Source: Candidatus Poribacteria bacterium | Lineage (GTDB): Bacteria; Poribacteria; WGA-4E; PCPOR2b | Direction of reading: 5' to 3' | Length of the DNA: 64,000 nt | Assembly: GCA_965208675.1 (NCBI GenBank) | Contig: OZ242351.1 | Location: forward strand, 1,952,001 to 2,016,000 | Shown here: positions 18,820 through 29,360 of the stretch, piece by piece | How the letters are laid out: each line of letters opens with the position of its first letter | Numbering within the stretch: position 1 is the first letter of the stretch | Position numbers and translations under genes: made by a program | Notes under the pieces: model-generated | What the model was told of the DNA's origin: nothing | Seen by the model: the letters and a program-made list of their open reading frames with translations, nothing else | Databases searched by the model: none

Positions 18820-18888
18820 GATTATTCTCCATTTATAGTCAATTTCACTTATATTTGCTCAAGATTCGTCAGGTGCGGCTGCCGGCAA

Positions 18889-19353
18889 TCACCTATCAGC
18901 AACAATCCATCCACCATCTATCAGCCCAATGCTGGCGCAACTTGGCCCGCCTTCGTCATCTGTCCCCATATACCTCGCCATCAGCACTTTATTTGGATGC
19001 TGGAACACCTCTTTCACCATTTGCCACGTCACTTCCTCTTGAACATTGAATTTTGGATAGCCCGATGAAATCCAGATTTTTGCCCGTCGGCTCCATTCAC
19101 AGTCCGCCTGACCCGCCGATTGGCCTATATTGATGTAGAAGAACCGTTTCGAAGGCGTTCCCCGTGCGAATGGCCCTGTGAAGTTAGGTAAACCCGTATC
19201 GCGCTGCGGTTTCACAACCGCCTCAAAATCGAACGCGATATCTTCGCCTGTAGATTGGGTAACCGAAACCAATTCCCCGTTGTTTTCCAGCGAGAAATTG
19301 ACTCCGGCTAGCGGGTTCACAACGACGATTCGCAACGGGATTTTGTATTCCAT
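18889..19353 (-). CDS. DUF5990 family protein
   Basis: FTGPFARGTPSKRFFYINIG..WSRRAKI..GGPSCAS. Confidence 0.8.
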   Translation of the reverse strand: MEYKIPLRIVVVNPLAGVNFSLENNGELVSVTQSTGEDIAFDFEAVVKPQRDTGLPNFTGPFARGTPSKRFFYINIGQSAGQADCEWSRRAKIWISSGYPKFNVQEEVTWQMVKEVFQHPNKVLMARYMGTDDEGGPSCASIGLIDGGWIVADR

Positions 19354-19482
19354 AATTTTATCCCCGCATGTCTTTTTAGCTTTCACCACTTCATCAAAAG
19401 GTATTCTAACATAATTATAGATTTTAGGACAACACGCTCGGATTCGGTATGTGTTTTGACTTGTATTGAGTGTGCTTTTCGC

Positions 19483-19511
19483 TTGACAGAAATTGGGAAG
19501 TGTGATAAATT
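19483..19511 (+). promoter_or_regulatory. Sigma70-like promoter TTGACA-17-TAAATT for the molybdoenzyme operon
   Basis: Perfect -35 box, 17-bp spacing. Confidence 0.45.
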
Positions 19512-19584
19512 GCGCTTATCATTTCAAGTGGATTGAATCATTTTTTGCGGCACCCCTATAAATTTATCGGTTACGGAGGGGGAT

Positions 19585-20235
19585 ATGGGAAAAGAAAAGG
19601 ATTTAGATAAAAATAAGGAATCCGTCATTTCGCGGCGGGGTTTTCTGAAGGGTATGGGTACCGGTGCAGTTGCAGCTACGGTTGCACCGACGGCGCTCGT
19701 TAGTGCTGAGAAATCGGCGGACGCCAAGATGGGCGAAGCGATTACCCGCGCCAAAATCAAGCTCCATATCAACAACGAAACGCATGAGGTTGAAGTTGAA
19801 CCTCGTACAACGCTGTTGAGTGTGCTTCGGGACGGGATCGATACCAGCGGCAAACGTATTGATTTGACTGGAGCCAAGTCCATCTGCGACCGCGGAGAGT
19901 GCGGGGGTTGTACAGTTCAGGTAGATGGGCAGCCAATCTATTCTTGCATGATGCTCGCAATTGATGCCGCGGGGAAACAGATTACGACGGTCGAAGGGCT
20001 TGCGAACGGCGATCAGTTGCACCCGGTGCAGGAAGCGTTTGTTCAACACGACGCCCTGATGTGCGGCTTCTGTACACCCGGATTCGTTGTGGCGTCAAAA
20101 TCGCTGCTTGATGAAAACCCGGCGCCTACGCTTGAAGAAATTAAGGGCGGGTTGTCCGGCAACATTTGCCGATGCGGCACGTATCCGTTTATCTTTGAGG
20201 CAGTGCAAACGGCTTCGGGCAAGATGGGAGGTTAG
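19585..20235 (+). CDS. 2x[2Fe-2S] subunit with Tat signal (PaoA/YagT-like)
   Basis: SRRGFLKG twin-arginine; CDRGECGGC, CGFCTPG, GNICRCG. Confidence 0.93.
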   Translation: MGKEKDLDKNKESVISRRGFLKGMGTGAVAATVAPTALVSAEKSADAKMGEAITRAKIKLHINNETHEVEVEPRTTLLSVLRDGIDTSGKRIDLTGAKSICDRGECGGCTVQVDGQPIYSCMMLAIDAAGKQITTVEGLANGDQLHPVQEAFVQHDALMCGFCTPGFVVASKSLLDENPAPTLEEIKGGLSGNICRCGTYPFIFEAVQTASGKMGG

Positions 20236-20239
20236 ACGA

Positions 20240-22366
20240 ATGGCATCGTGGGGAGAATCACACGAAACACGCCTGATTGGAAAACGCATCCCCCGTTTGT
20301 CAGGCGCGGACAAAGTCTCGGGGAAAGCGAAATACACGTTCGACATTAACCGGCCTGGCATGCTTTACGGCCGTATTCTGCGCTCTCGCGTGGCACATGC
20401 GACAATTACGGCGATAGATTTCAGCGGAGCGGAAGCGTTGTCTGGTGTCAAAGCTGTCATTCCGCTGATTGAACCCGGCAAACGCTTGCGACACGAAGGA
20501 CAGGAAATTGCCGCAGTGGCCGCGATCACTGACGACATTGCGAAGGATGCGGTACGGTTAATTCAGTATGACTTTGAAGAACTGCCCTTTGTGGTTGATG
20601 TCGAAGAAGCCATGGATGAAAATGCGCCGCAAATTCGAGACGATTGGCACCGGAATCAGAGTCAACCAGGCATTGATGAGCGCGGCAACCTCGAAGCCGG
20701 TTTTGCCGAGGCAGCCGTGGAAGTAGAGGCGACTTATAGCGCGCCGGTTCAAACGCATGTTTGTCTGGAAACGCACGGGCACGTCGCCGAATGGGACGGG
20801 GATAGCCTGACTGTTTGGGCTTCGACGCAGGCGGTATTTGGTACACGCCGAGATTTTGCCCAACACTTTAAAATTCCTGAAGACAAGGTGCGCATCATCA
20901 CTGAACACATGGGGGGCGGTTTCGGAAGTAAGTTTAGCCCCGGTGTCGAAGGACGTGCGGCGGCAGAGCTTGCGCGAATAGCTAGTGCGCCTGTGAAGTT
21001 GATGCTAACACGCAAAGATGAGCATCTGGTGGCTGGAAATCGCCCGTCAATGACGCAGCGCGTGCGGGCGGGCGCAACAGACGACGGGCGCTTAATCGCT
21101 TACGACCTACGGGGTTATGGGACTGGGGGAATCGGCGGCGGCGCTAGTTTTACGGGGCCTTATGTTTATGAGGTGCCGAATTATCGGACTGAGAAATTTG
21201 CTGTTGCCATCAACGCAGGAAGTGAACGCGCAATGCGTGCGCCGGGACACCCTCAAGGCGAATTTGCGATGGATTCGCTGATGGATGAACTCGCCGAAAA
21301 ACTGGGCATGGATCCGCTAGAATTCCGCCGAATAAACGACCCTAGCGAGATTCGTCAGGCGGAATACACACTCGGCGCAAAAGAAATCGGCTGGCACCGG
21401 CGCAACGAAGTCCCCGGCGCCGGGAAAGGCGTCAAGAAGCGCGGCATCGGCATGGGAAGCGGACTTTGGGGCGGGGGCGGACACGCTGGAACACAAGCAC
21501 GTGTGACAATCCACGCTGACGGTACGGTCGAAGCGGTTACGGGTACCCAAGATCTCGGCACCGGCATTCGAACAGTCATTGCGATAATCGTAGCAGAGGA
21601 ACTCGGCTTACAACCCCAAGACATCAGTGTGAAAATTGGGGACAGCGGACCAGGACTGCCGTCTGGCGGCAGCGGCGGCAGCACGACAACACCCTCTGTT
21701 GCCCCGGTGGTGAAGACTGCGGCAACAGCAGCCAAACAGAAATTCTTCGAACGGATTGCATCGCAGTTTGAAACCCAACCAGACGACCTGCGCGCTGCAG
21801 ACGGCAAGGTATACACCGCCTCGGATCCAACGAAGAGCGTGTCGTGGAAAGGCGCGGCGGGCCATCTCGGTATGGAGACGATTACCGGGAACGGCGCCTG
21901 GCATGACGGCCTAAGCGAGCCCGGGGCTGCCGGAACTCAATTTGCGGAAGTCGAGGTGGACACGGAAACCGGTGAAGTGAAGGTCATTAGGATTGCGGCA
22001 ATACAGGACTGCGGCCTGGTGATGAACCGTTTAACCTGCGAAAGCCAAATCAACGGCGGGGTTATTATGGGATTGGGCTATGCCCTGCTTGAGAACCGCA
22101 TCATGGATCCACTGACAGGTTATATGATAAACCCGAACCTTGAGGATTACAAGGTTGTGGGCGCTATGGAAGTTCCCGAGATTAAGTCCATCGCTTTCGA
22201 TACCGACCGGAAAGTGACAGGTGTCGGCGAACCTGCAACCATCCCGACTGCGGGCGCGATCGCTAATGCCGTCTATAACGCAATCGGTGTCCGGATTCGC
22301 GACCTCCCAATCACGGCCGATAAGATACTTAACGCGCTTGCCGAGAATGCAGCAGCGTCCGGATGA
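20240..22366 (+). CDS. Xanthine dehydrogenase-family molybdopterin-binding subunit (PaoC/YagR-like)
   Basis: ATG 20240 after GGGAGG; MGGGFGSK, AMRAPGHPQG, GSGGSTT, QINGGVIMGLG, GVGEP. Confidence 0.93.
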   Translation: MASWGESHETRLIGKRIPRLSGADKVSGKAKYTFDINRPGMLYGRILRSRVAHATITAIDFSGAEALSGVKAVIPLIEPGKRLRHEGQEIAAVAAITDDIAKDAVRLIQYDFEELPFVVDVEEAMDENAPQIRDDWHRNQSQPGIDERGNLEAGFAEAAVEVEATYSAPVQTHVCLETHGHVAEWDGDSLTVWASTQAVFGTRRDFAQHFKIPEDKVRIITEHMGGGFGSKFSPGVEGRAAAELARIASAPVKLMLTRKDEHLVAGNRPSMTQRVRAGATDDGRLIAYDLRGYGTGGIGGGASFTGPYVYEVPNYRTEKFAVAINAGSERAMRAPGHPQGEFAMDSLMDELAEKLGMDPLEFRRINDPSEIRQAEYTLGAKEIGWHRRNEVPGAGKGVKKRGIGMGSGLWGGGGHAGTQARVTIHADGTVEAVTGTQDLGTGIRTVIAIIVAEELGLQPQDISVKIGDSGPGLPSGGSGGSTTTPSVAPVVKTAATAAKQKFFERIASQFETQPDDLRAADGKVYTASDPTKSVSWKGAAGHLGMETITGNGAWHDGLSEPGAAGTQFAEVEVDTETGEVKVIRIAAIQDCGLVMNRLTCESQINGGVIMGLGYALLENRIMDPLTGYMINPNLEDYKVVGAMEVPEIKSIAFDTDRKVTGVGEPATIPTAGAIANAVYNAIGVRIRDLPITADKILNALAENAAASG

Positions 22367-22414
22367 ATCTATACATCTTCAAACTACGCATGGAACGAAT
22401 GAGGAGATAGGGAT

Positions 22415-23389
22415 ATGGAAAAATTTGCTTACGTCAATGCAGCAAACGTCGAACAAGCCTCCTCCTTGTTGAGCGGCGAATGGGGCGAAACGATGGTTAT
22501 TGCAGGAGGAACGGATCTTATCGGTGAGCTCAAAGAGTACATTGAAACTCCCGCGAAAGTTGTCAACCTCAAAACCATCCCCGGCATGGATGAGATTAAA
22601 GCCGATGCGACTGGATTGACAATCGGTGCGTTGGCAACAGTCCGAGACATTGCTGCACATCCTACAATCCAAGAGCACTACACCGTCCTCGCGGAAGCCG
22701 CCGCCTCGGTCGCGTCGCCGCAGATTCGTAACGTTGGCACGCTAGGCGGCAATCTGTGCCAGCGCCCGCGTTGCTGGTATTACCGCAACCCAGAGATAAT
22801 CTGCCTGAAGAAGGGCGGCGACATATGTTACGCGGTCGAAGGATTGAGCAAGTACCACGCAATCTTTGGCGGCGGACCGGTGTATATTGTTCATCCTTCT
22901 GATACAGCACCGGCGTTAATCGCTCTTGGCGCCACCGTGAAGATTATTGGTCCCGATGGGGAAAAGACGATGCCGCTGGAGGAATTTTTCATTTTGCCTG
23001 ACATCAACCCGCAACGTGAAAACGTGCTTGAACCGAACGAGGTTGTAGCGGAGGTTCACGTTCCAAAACCGTCGGCGAATACGAAGAGTTTCTATATCAA
23101 AGCCCGCGAACGGGGATCTTTCGACTTTGCGTTGTCGAGCGTCGCTGCTGCGTTTGAGATGAACGGTTCAACCTGCGGTGGGGCAAGCATCGTGATTGGC
23201 GGGGTTGCGCCAATCCCGTGGCGATCGAAGGAGGCTGAAGCTGCACTCAACGGCGTGCGTATCACGGAAGCGGTTGCAAAGCGCGCAGGTAGTGAAGCCG
23301 TGAAGAATGCCGAACCGCTGAACGACAACGGGTATAAGGTGGTATTAACCCAAAATCTCGTCAGCCGTGCAGTAATGAAGGTGTCTTAG
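22415..23389 (+). CDS. FAD-binding subunit with 4Fe-4S insertion (PaoB/YagS-like)
   Basis: IAGGTDL, ASPQIRNVGTLGGNLCQRPRCWYYR, HPSD. Confidence 0.93.
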   Translation: MEKFAYVNAANVEQASSLLSGEWGETMVIAGGTDLIGELKEYIETPAKVVNLKTIPGMDEIKADATGLTIGALATVRDIAAHPTIQEHYTVLAEAAASVASPQIRNVGTLGGNLCQRPRCWYYRNPEIICLKKGGDICYAVEGLSKYHAIFGGGPVYIVHPSDTAPALIALGATVKIIGPDGEKTMPLEEFFILPDINPQRENVLEPNEVVAEVHVPKPSANTKSFYIKARERGSFDFALSSVAAAFEMNGSTCGGASIVIGGVAPIPWRSKEAEAALNGVRITEAVAKRAGSEAVKNAEPLNDNGYKVVLTQNLVSRAVMKVS

Positions 23390-23406
23390 GGAATAGGAGA
23401 GCAGAC

Positions 23407-23646
23407 ATGGAAAAGGCAAAAGATTTGTCCGTCTTGAATCGACCGATATGCCAAAATCTACGCACAAAAGCGCTTTATGTCGCCGGCGGCAGTTTGCAAT
23501 ATCTTGTTGAAACCAACCCTTACTCTCACTATTGGTGCAACTGCACAATGGCAGCGGTGGGGCCAGACGATAGATTCGTTTCACCAGAAGGTTGCAACCG
23601 CTCTCGAAGGTGTTTCGAGCCGATTGGCGGCGAGATTGTTGCGTGA
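23407..23646 (+). CDS. Small Cys-rich protein, likely co-transcribed with the molybdoenzyme genes
   Basis: AGGAG RBS; CQNLRTK..YWCNCT..GPDD..C..RRCF. Confidence 0.7.
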   Translation: MEKAKDLSVLNRPICQNLRTKALYVAGGSLQYLVETNPYSHYWCNCTMAAVGPDDRFVSPEGCNRSRRCFEPIGGEIVA

Positions 23647-23787
23647 TTGACTCGATCCGGACATATACAGGCCAAGAGAGTTAGTAAATTTCATACACCG
23701 AACGATGACACGTGCGGTTTCTGTGAATCCTGACATCCTACGTTTAACCCCCAATCGAACGAATTCCGTATCACACGTCGCGTCAAC

Positions 23788-24249
23788 ATGACCTTTCTTC
23801 CCGCACTGATACAGTGGCTGCACGTCGCATCTGTCGTCCTTATGATTGGCGGTTTTTTCTTCCTTCGCGTCGTGCTTATCCCCGCTTCCCGCAGCCTCCC
23901 GAATAGCCACCAACCGAAACTCATGGCAGCGGCGCTGCGCCGGTTCAGCGTTGTCGTGTGGATTGCTCTCGTAACAATCTTGGCGTCGGGGATTTACAAT
24001 TTCGTCTCATTCCTGAGATCCGCAAACGCAACAACTGCGTCGGGCATTTCTCCTGACTTTTCATATTATATTCTCGTCTTGGGCATCAAGCTCTTTATCG
24101 TTTTTCTAATTTTCACGCTCGGCATCGTCCTCACGTTTCCGTACCCTGTTTTTGAGCCTTTTCAAAAACGCCCTTCGCCGTGGATCAACCTGACGATGAT
24201 ATTGGGGCTAATCGTGATTTTTTTGTCCGCGTTGCTGCGGAGGCTATAG
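23788..24249 (+). CDS. CopD/DUF4149-like 4-TM membrane protein
   Basis: WLHVASVVLMIGG, SGIYN, LGIKL. Confidence 0.75.
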   Translation: MTFLPALIQWLHVASVVLMIGGFFFLRVVLIPASRSLPNSHQPKLMAAALRRFSVVVWIALVTILASGIYNFVSFLRSANATTASGISPDFSYYILVLGIKLFIVFLIFTLGIVLTFPYPVFEPFQKRPSPWINLTMILGLIVIFLSALLRRL

Positions 24250-24376
24250 CGGATTTGGAAATCGGGTGTTCCAAATTAACTTTGCAAAGCGAGGATATCA
24301 CGCCGTGTAAACCATTTTTATGTCGTGAACTATTGATTCATACAGAACCGGGATTGGGAAAGGAACTTTTTCGAAA

Positions 24377-25636
24377 ATGGATGTGACAACAATAGAATTG
24401 CCGTACGGGCGATCATCGGTGAGCGTTGATGCGCCGACTGAGAAAATTCTCGGTATCTATAGGCCGCAAACGGAAGGACGAGTCCCGGACGAGGATGTGC
24501 TTTTGCACGAGGCATTGGAGAAACCTGTCCATTCTCCGCGTTTGCGCGACTTGGTTCGACCGGGGCAAAAGATAGCGATTGTGACCAGCGACCTGACGCG
24601 TCCGTGTCCGTCCGAGCGGCTGCTGCCGCTAATCCTTGACGAACTGGCGGCAAGCGGGATCCCCGACGCGGATGTGACTGTGGTCATTGCGCTTGGGTTG
24701 CATCGACCGATGACAGCGGAGGAATTGGAGGCTACAGTTGGTGCAGATGTATACCGCCGTGCCGCGGTAATCAATCACGACCCAAGAGACACCGTCCGAT
24801 TGGGCGTTACCACTGCCGGTACGCCTGTCGAGATTTTTCGGGCTGTCGTTGAATCCGATGTACGCATCTGCTTGGGCAACGTTGAGCTGCATTATTTCGT
24901 GGGTTATTCCGGCGGTGCGAAAGCGATTCTGCCCGGATGTGCATCGGACGCGACGATTACAGCCAACCACGCCATGATGGTATGCGCCGAGGCGTGCGCC
25001 GGCCGATTGGAAGGCAACCCGGTGCGGGACGATATTGAGGAAGGGGTTGCCATGGTTGGTGTCGACTTTATTTTCAACGCGGTTTTGGACGGCAACCATC
25101 GCATTATCGGCGCGGTAGCAGGCGACGTAACCGCCGCGCATCGGCGCGGGTGCGAGATAGCGGCGCAACGCAGCACGGTTGCAATTCCCAAAAAGGCGGA
25201 CATCGTATTGGTAGGCGCGGGAGGATATCCTAGCGACGTAAACCTTTATCAAGCCCAGAAAGCGTTGGACAACGCACAATACTCCGTCCGCGACGGCGGG
25301 CTCATCGTTATGTCTGCCGAGTGCAGTGAGGGCTTCGGCAATCAGACATTCGAGACTTGGATGACGAACGCCACCTCTCCCGAAGCGGTGTTAGACAGAA
25401 TTCAGCAAAAATTCGTGATAGGCGGGCATAAAGCGGCTGCGATAGCCGCAGTGCTGCGGCGAGCGACGGTGTATTTGGTATCAGCCCTATCACCCAAGCC
25501 GGTACGAGAGTGCGGTTTAGTGCCGTTTGCTAATCTGCGAGAAGCGATGAAAGCGGCGTTTGATGAGGCAGGAAAGCGATCCGACATCATCGTGATGCCG
25601 AACGGCGGTTCAATTCTGCCGATTGCGGGGAATTGA
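24377..25636 (+). CDS. larA: LarA family nickel-pincer-dependent racemase/epimerase
   Basis: SDLTRP, LGLHR, NHD, HYFVGYSGGAKAILPG, NLYQAQKA, GGHKA. Confidence 0.9.
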   Translation: MDVTTIELPYGRSSVSVDAPTEKILGIYRPQTEGRVPDEDVLLHEALEKPVHSPRLRDLVRPGQKIAIVTSDLTRPCPSERLLPLILDELAASGIPDADVTVVIALGLHRPMTAEELEATVGADVYRRAAVINHDPRDTVRLGVTTAGTPVEIFRAVVESDVRICLGNVELHYFVGYSGGAKAILPGCASDATITANHAMMVCAEACAGRLEGNPVRDDIEEGVAMVGVDFIFNAVLDGNHRIIGAVAGDVTAAHRRGCEIAAQRSTVAIPKKADIVLVGAGGYPSDVNLYQAQKALDNAQYSVRDGGLIVMSAECSEGFGNQTFETWMTNATSPEAVLDRIQQKFVIGGHKAAAIAAVLRRATVYLVSALSPKPVRECGLVPFANLREAMKAAFDEAGKRSDIIVMPNGGSILPIAGN

Positions 25637-25744
25637 GAGGGCATAGCATCAGGTAAAGATGAAGAGTTAGCCCCACTAGCCCCCTTTATCAGGGGTGAAT
25701 CTTAAGATTTGTAAATTCCTATCGTTATCGGATGGTGCTAGGGG

Positions 25745-26454
25745 TTAAGCGTCATGCGTTTCGTCGTTGGCGGGCAATGCAACATCTTGGCTTTCGAAAA
25801 ATTCCTTCGCCGTTTGATGTATCCGATTCAAATCTGACCGCGACGGACGATGGCGGGCGAACTGAACCATGTCACATGTGCGGAGGATTTCGCCGACGTG
25901 GTCAGCAACACTATCCGTCAAATCGTGGGGCAGACTCGCTAGGATTTGCCGGTGTCTACGATTTTGATTTGATATTTTTCGCTGATATACCGCTTGGTCG
26001 TCATGGCGATTGATTCGTAATATTGTGGAATGTTACCTTCATTGCGCAGCCGCAAGGCTTGTTCCAACGCCTTCAATGCGGCGCTCTCAAGCGTAATTGT
26101 ATCGGTCTCAGGTTCTAAAGGAATGACTTCTTCCGTAGGTTTGATTTCAGGCCGATTCACACCCTCCCTAGGCGTCATTATGGGAATCCTGCCGCGCAAA
26201 ATTTGATTATCTTCAGTGGATTCATGGCGGCGGAAAAGGCGAGGCAGGTTCATTCTATTTCGCCGGCACAAAGCGTAGATACCGAGGACAACCCCGATTA
26301 CAAGCAACGCCGGAATAATTATCGAGACGACCGTAATTATCAGGTCAAAGAAACTTGCCTGGTTTTCATCCAGTGTTACGCTTTGAGAAAATCCACTTGA
26401 GGCAAGCAAGGAAACCGGTATAGATAGTATTATTGCCGGTGTTATTAGTCTCAC
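25745..26454 (-). pseudogene. BatD/DUF4381-like membrane protein, frameshifted near 25945-25955
   Basis: ORF ends KIVDTGKS*; the shifted frame continues QILASLPHDL..ILRTCDMVQFARHRP..ETHDA* (TAA 25745). Confidence 0.65.
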
Positions 26455-26515
26455 ATCTCTCCAACAATTACATTTTTGTGATATTGGGATACGGTAAAAG
26501 CATGAATCAATTGAG

Positions 26516-27943
26516 CTAGTCTCCGCTCAAGCCGTATTCCTTAATTTTTCTAAAAATAGTTCGCTTTGAGACGCCCAATATCTTTGCTGCCTTGGCTTTA
26601 TTGTTCTCGACATGCTTGAGCGTGGCTCGAATAGATTCCTTCTCAATCTCCGCCAGAGACATTCCAACCGCTACATCCAAATGAGATGGTGAATGTTCAT
26701 TTAGCGTTGCATCAAGCGCGGTTGGCACTGAAAAAATAAATTGCGAGTCTTCGCCAGTTGGCTTTAATGTGTGCTCTGGGAGATCTTCGAGATCTAGCTC
26801 CGACCGATTGGACATAACGACCATTCCTTCAATACAGTTTCTCAACTCGCGCACATTTCCGGGCCAGTCATGATTTATTAAGGTTCGTAGGGCACGGGGA
26901 GTTATGTTCTTAACCGCCTTTCTATTTTCTCTACTGAACTCCTCGATAAAAACCTTGACTAACAGCGGAATGTCCTCTCTCCTTTCACGAAGCGGCGGCA
27001 AGGTGATCTGAATTACGTTTAACCGATCATAGAGATCTGCCAAAAATTCACCCTTCTCTACGGCCTCCTCAAGATCGCGGTTTGTTGCGGAGACGATGCG
27101 AACATCGACTTGGACGGGTTCATTGCCGCCTACTCTCTCAAACGTTCTCGCTTCAAGTACGCGGAGCAACCGTGATTGATTCGATAGGCTTAACTTGCCG
27201 ACTTCATCAAGGAACAGGGTGCCGCCGTGCGCGGTCTCAAATCGTCCTTTGCGCATGCGGTGCGCACCTGTAAATGCGCCGCGCTCATGTCCAAACAGCT
27301 CTGATTCAGCTAACCCTTCCGCCAAGGCGGCGCAATTGAAAACGACGAGTTGCCCGGGCCGCAGACTGCGATGATGGATGGCACGCGCGACGAGTTCTTT
27401 TCCGGTACCGCGCTCACCGCGAATCATGACGGTCGCTTTTGTTGGAGCAACTTGCGAGATAATCTGCCGAACTTCTTGCATCCCCGCTGAGTGCCCTGTT
27501 AATTGGAGGGGACCTACCCTGTTATCAATCTGGGACTGCAGTCGGCGATTTTCGAGGGTAAGGCGGCGGGTCTCAAGGATTTTGTGGAGAAACGCTTTCA
27601 GGTGAACGGGCCTGAGCGGTTTTGGAAGGAAAAAACTGGATTTGTGGTGAAGCGTGGCTTTGATGCCGGTATCGGTTTCCAATACATTAGCCGCTGTTGT
27701 GAAAATGACGCCAACATCCGGGTTTTTGCCATAAGCGGCTTCAAGGAGCTTTAAGCCGTCAATCCGTTCTGCTTTAAGCGGAGCGATTAGGACATCAATT
27801 TCTAGGCGTTGAATGCGATCTAAAGCCGCATATTGATTGTCGGTAACATGCACCTGCAAGCCTTCGCCTTCAAGTGCGTGACAAATGGTTTCGCATTGTC
27901 TTCGGTCAGAATCAACAACGAGAGTAGTCGTCTGGCTGTTCAC
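26516..27943 (-). CDS. Sigma-54 dependent activator (NtrC/AtoC family) with atypical receiver
   Basis: [29 protein letters not shown], Fis-type HTH. Confidence 0.93.
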   Translation of the reverse strand: MNSQTTTLVVDSDRRQCETICHALEGEGLQVHVTDNQYAALDRIQRLEIDVLIAPLKAERIDGLKLLEAAYGKNPDVGVIFTTAANVLETDTGIKATLHHKSSFFLPKPLRPVHLKAFLHKILETRRLTLENRRLQSQIDNRVGPLQLTGHSAGMQEVRQIISQVAPTKATVMIRGERGTGKELVARAIHHRSLRPGQLVVFNCAALAEGLAESELFGHERGAFTGAHRMRKGRFETAHGGTLFLDEVGKLSLSNQSRLLRVLEARTFERVGGNEPVQVDVRIVSATNRDLEEAVEKGEFLADLYDRLNVIQITLPPLRERREDIPLLVKVFIEEFSRENRKAVKNITPRALRTLINHDWPGNVRELRNCIEGMVVMSNRSELDLEDLPEHTLKPTGEDSQFIFSVPTALDATLNEHSPSHLDVAVGMSLAEIEKESIRATLKHVENNKAKAAKILGVSKRTIFRKIKEYGLSGD

Positions 27944-28336
27944 TTTTTTTCGCTCAATTTTTGCGGACGATTAGCTTACATCGCGCGTTTCCGCAACGTA
28001 AGGCGTGAGTTTTCACATGCTTTACGTTGATTTTGCACTTGTCTGAATTTTCGATGACCTCGACATCAGGTGTGTTAAGCGTAAATTAAAGAACAGTTAG
28101 TGCGTTAGAGATTTATGTAAAACGCTGATTTGCTCCTCTCCTTTTGAACGAAACCTCTGCGATTGGGGTTTCGCAAGTTCTCGATTAGAAGGTCTAGCGT
28201 TGACGGGACATCTTTACTTTTTCATCATTTACGGAAGCGTCTTTGCCTAAATTCGGACAGAGAATGATACCTTATTCCCACAACTTCGTCAAGCGGAAAA
28301 CAGGCGGATTCACGACGTTTTACCGCCTGTGTTTTA

Positions 28337-29311
28337 TCATGTTCTCAGTGCATCCACAACCCGCTGCATATCAATAGGCATCGGCGTCGAAAATGTCAAT
28401 TTCTCGCCGGTTTCAGGATGATTAAAACCAAGTGTTCGCGCGTGCAACGCTTGCCGATTGAGCTTCGCAAACGCCTCCGCCAACGCGGGCGAATTGGCGT
28501 TACGCATTGCACGGTGCCGCCCTCCTCCGTAGACGGCATCACCTGCAACCGGAAAACCGATGTGGCTGAGATGCACGCGGATTTGGTGAAGGCGGCCGGT
28601 TTCCAAATTCAACCGAATCAGGGCGAATTTGCCATAATTTTCCAGGACCCAATAGTGGGTGACGGCATGACGACCCTCCTCCACTGATACAGTCATTTTT
28701 CGCGCATCTCTGCGACTTCGGCGGATGGGCGCGTTTATTGTGCCAGACTCCGATTTTGGAACGCCGCAAGCCACAGCGAGGTACTCGCGTACGGTGGTAT
28801 GGGCTTCAAATTGCGCCGAGAGATGACGATGGGCATGGTCAGTCTTCGCTGCAACGAGCACGCCGGATGTATTCTTATCGAGCCGATGTACAATACCGGG
28901 CCGTTCCGAGCCGCCAATTTGAGCCAGAACCCTGCAGTGTGCGAGCAAGGCATTGACAAGCGTTCCGGTGTTGACGCCGGCGGCGGGGTGAACAAGCATG
29001 TCCGCAGGTTTGTTTACAACGATGAGATTAGAATCCTCATACAGAATATCGAGCGGTATGTGATTGGGTTGGATAGACTCCAGCACGGAGCCATTTGGAA
29101 TGGTGAGGGAGATTTGATCGCCTACTCGGAGTTTATAGCCGGGTTTGGCAGATTTGCCGTTGACTGTCACGGCACCACCGCAGACTAATTTTTGTATTGC
29201 TGACCGGGACAACTGATGCGGCGGGTCAAGAACATGCTGTTCGTCTACAAACCGATCTAACCGGAAACTTTCGTGTTGTGTTTCAACGAGATAGCTGTAG
29301 ATACTTGGCAT
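28337..29311 (-). CDS. rluD: RluA family pseudouridine synthase (RluD-like, with S4 domain)
   Basis: VVNKPA, RPGIVHRLDKNTSG, TGRLHQIRVH, QALHA. Confidence 0.9.
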   Translation of the reverse strand: MPSIYSYLVETQHESFRLDRFVDEQHVLDPPHQLSRSAIQKLVCGGAVTVNGKSAKPGYKLRVGDQISLTIPNGSVLESIQPNHIPLDILYEDSNLIVVNKPADMLVHPAAGVNTGTLVNALLAHCRVLAQIGGSERPGIVHRLDKNTSGVLVAAKTDHAHRHLSAQFEAHTTVREYLAVACGVPKSESGTINAPIRRSRRDARKMTVSVEEGRHAVTHYWVLENYGKFALIRLNLETGRLHQIRVHLSHIGFPVAGDAVYGGGRHRAMRNANSPALAEAFAKLNRQALHARTLGFNHPETGEKLTFSTPMPIDMQRVVDALRT

Positions 29312-29360
29312 GTCAAAGATGGGCTGCGCCTACTATAGATGTGCTTCACGCTCTTACGCG

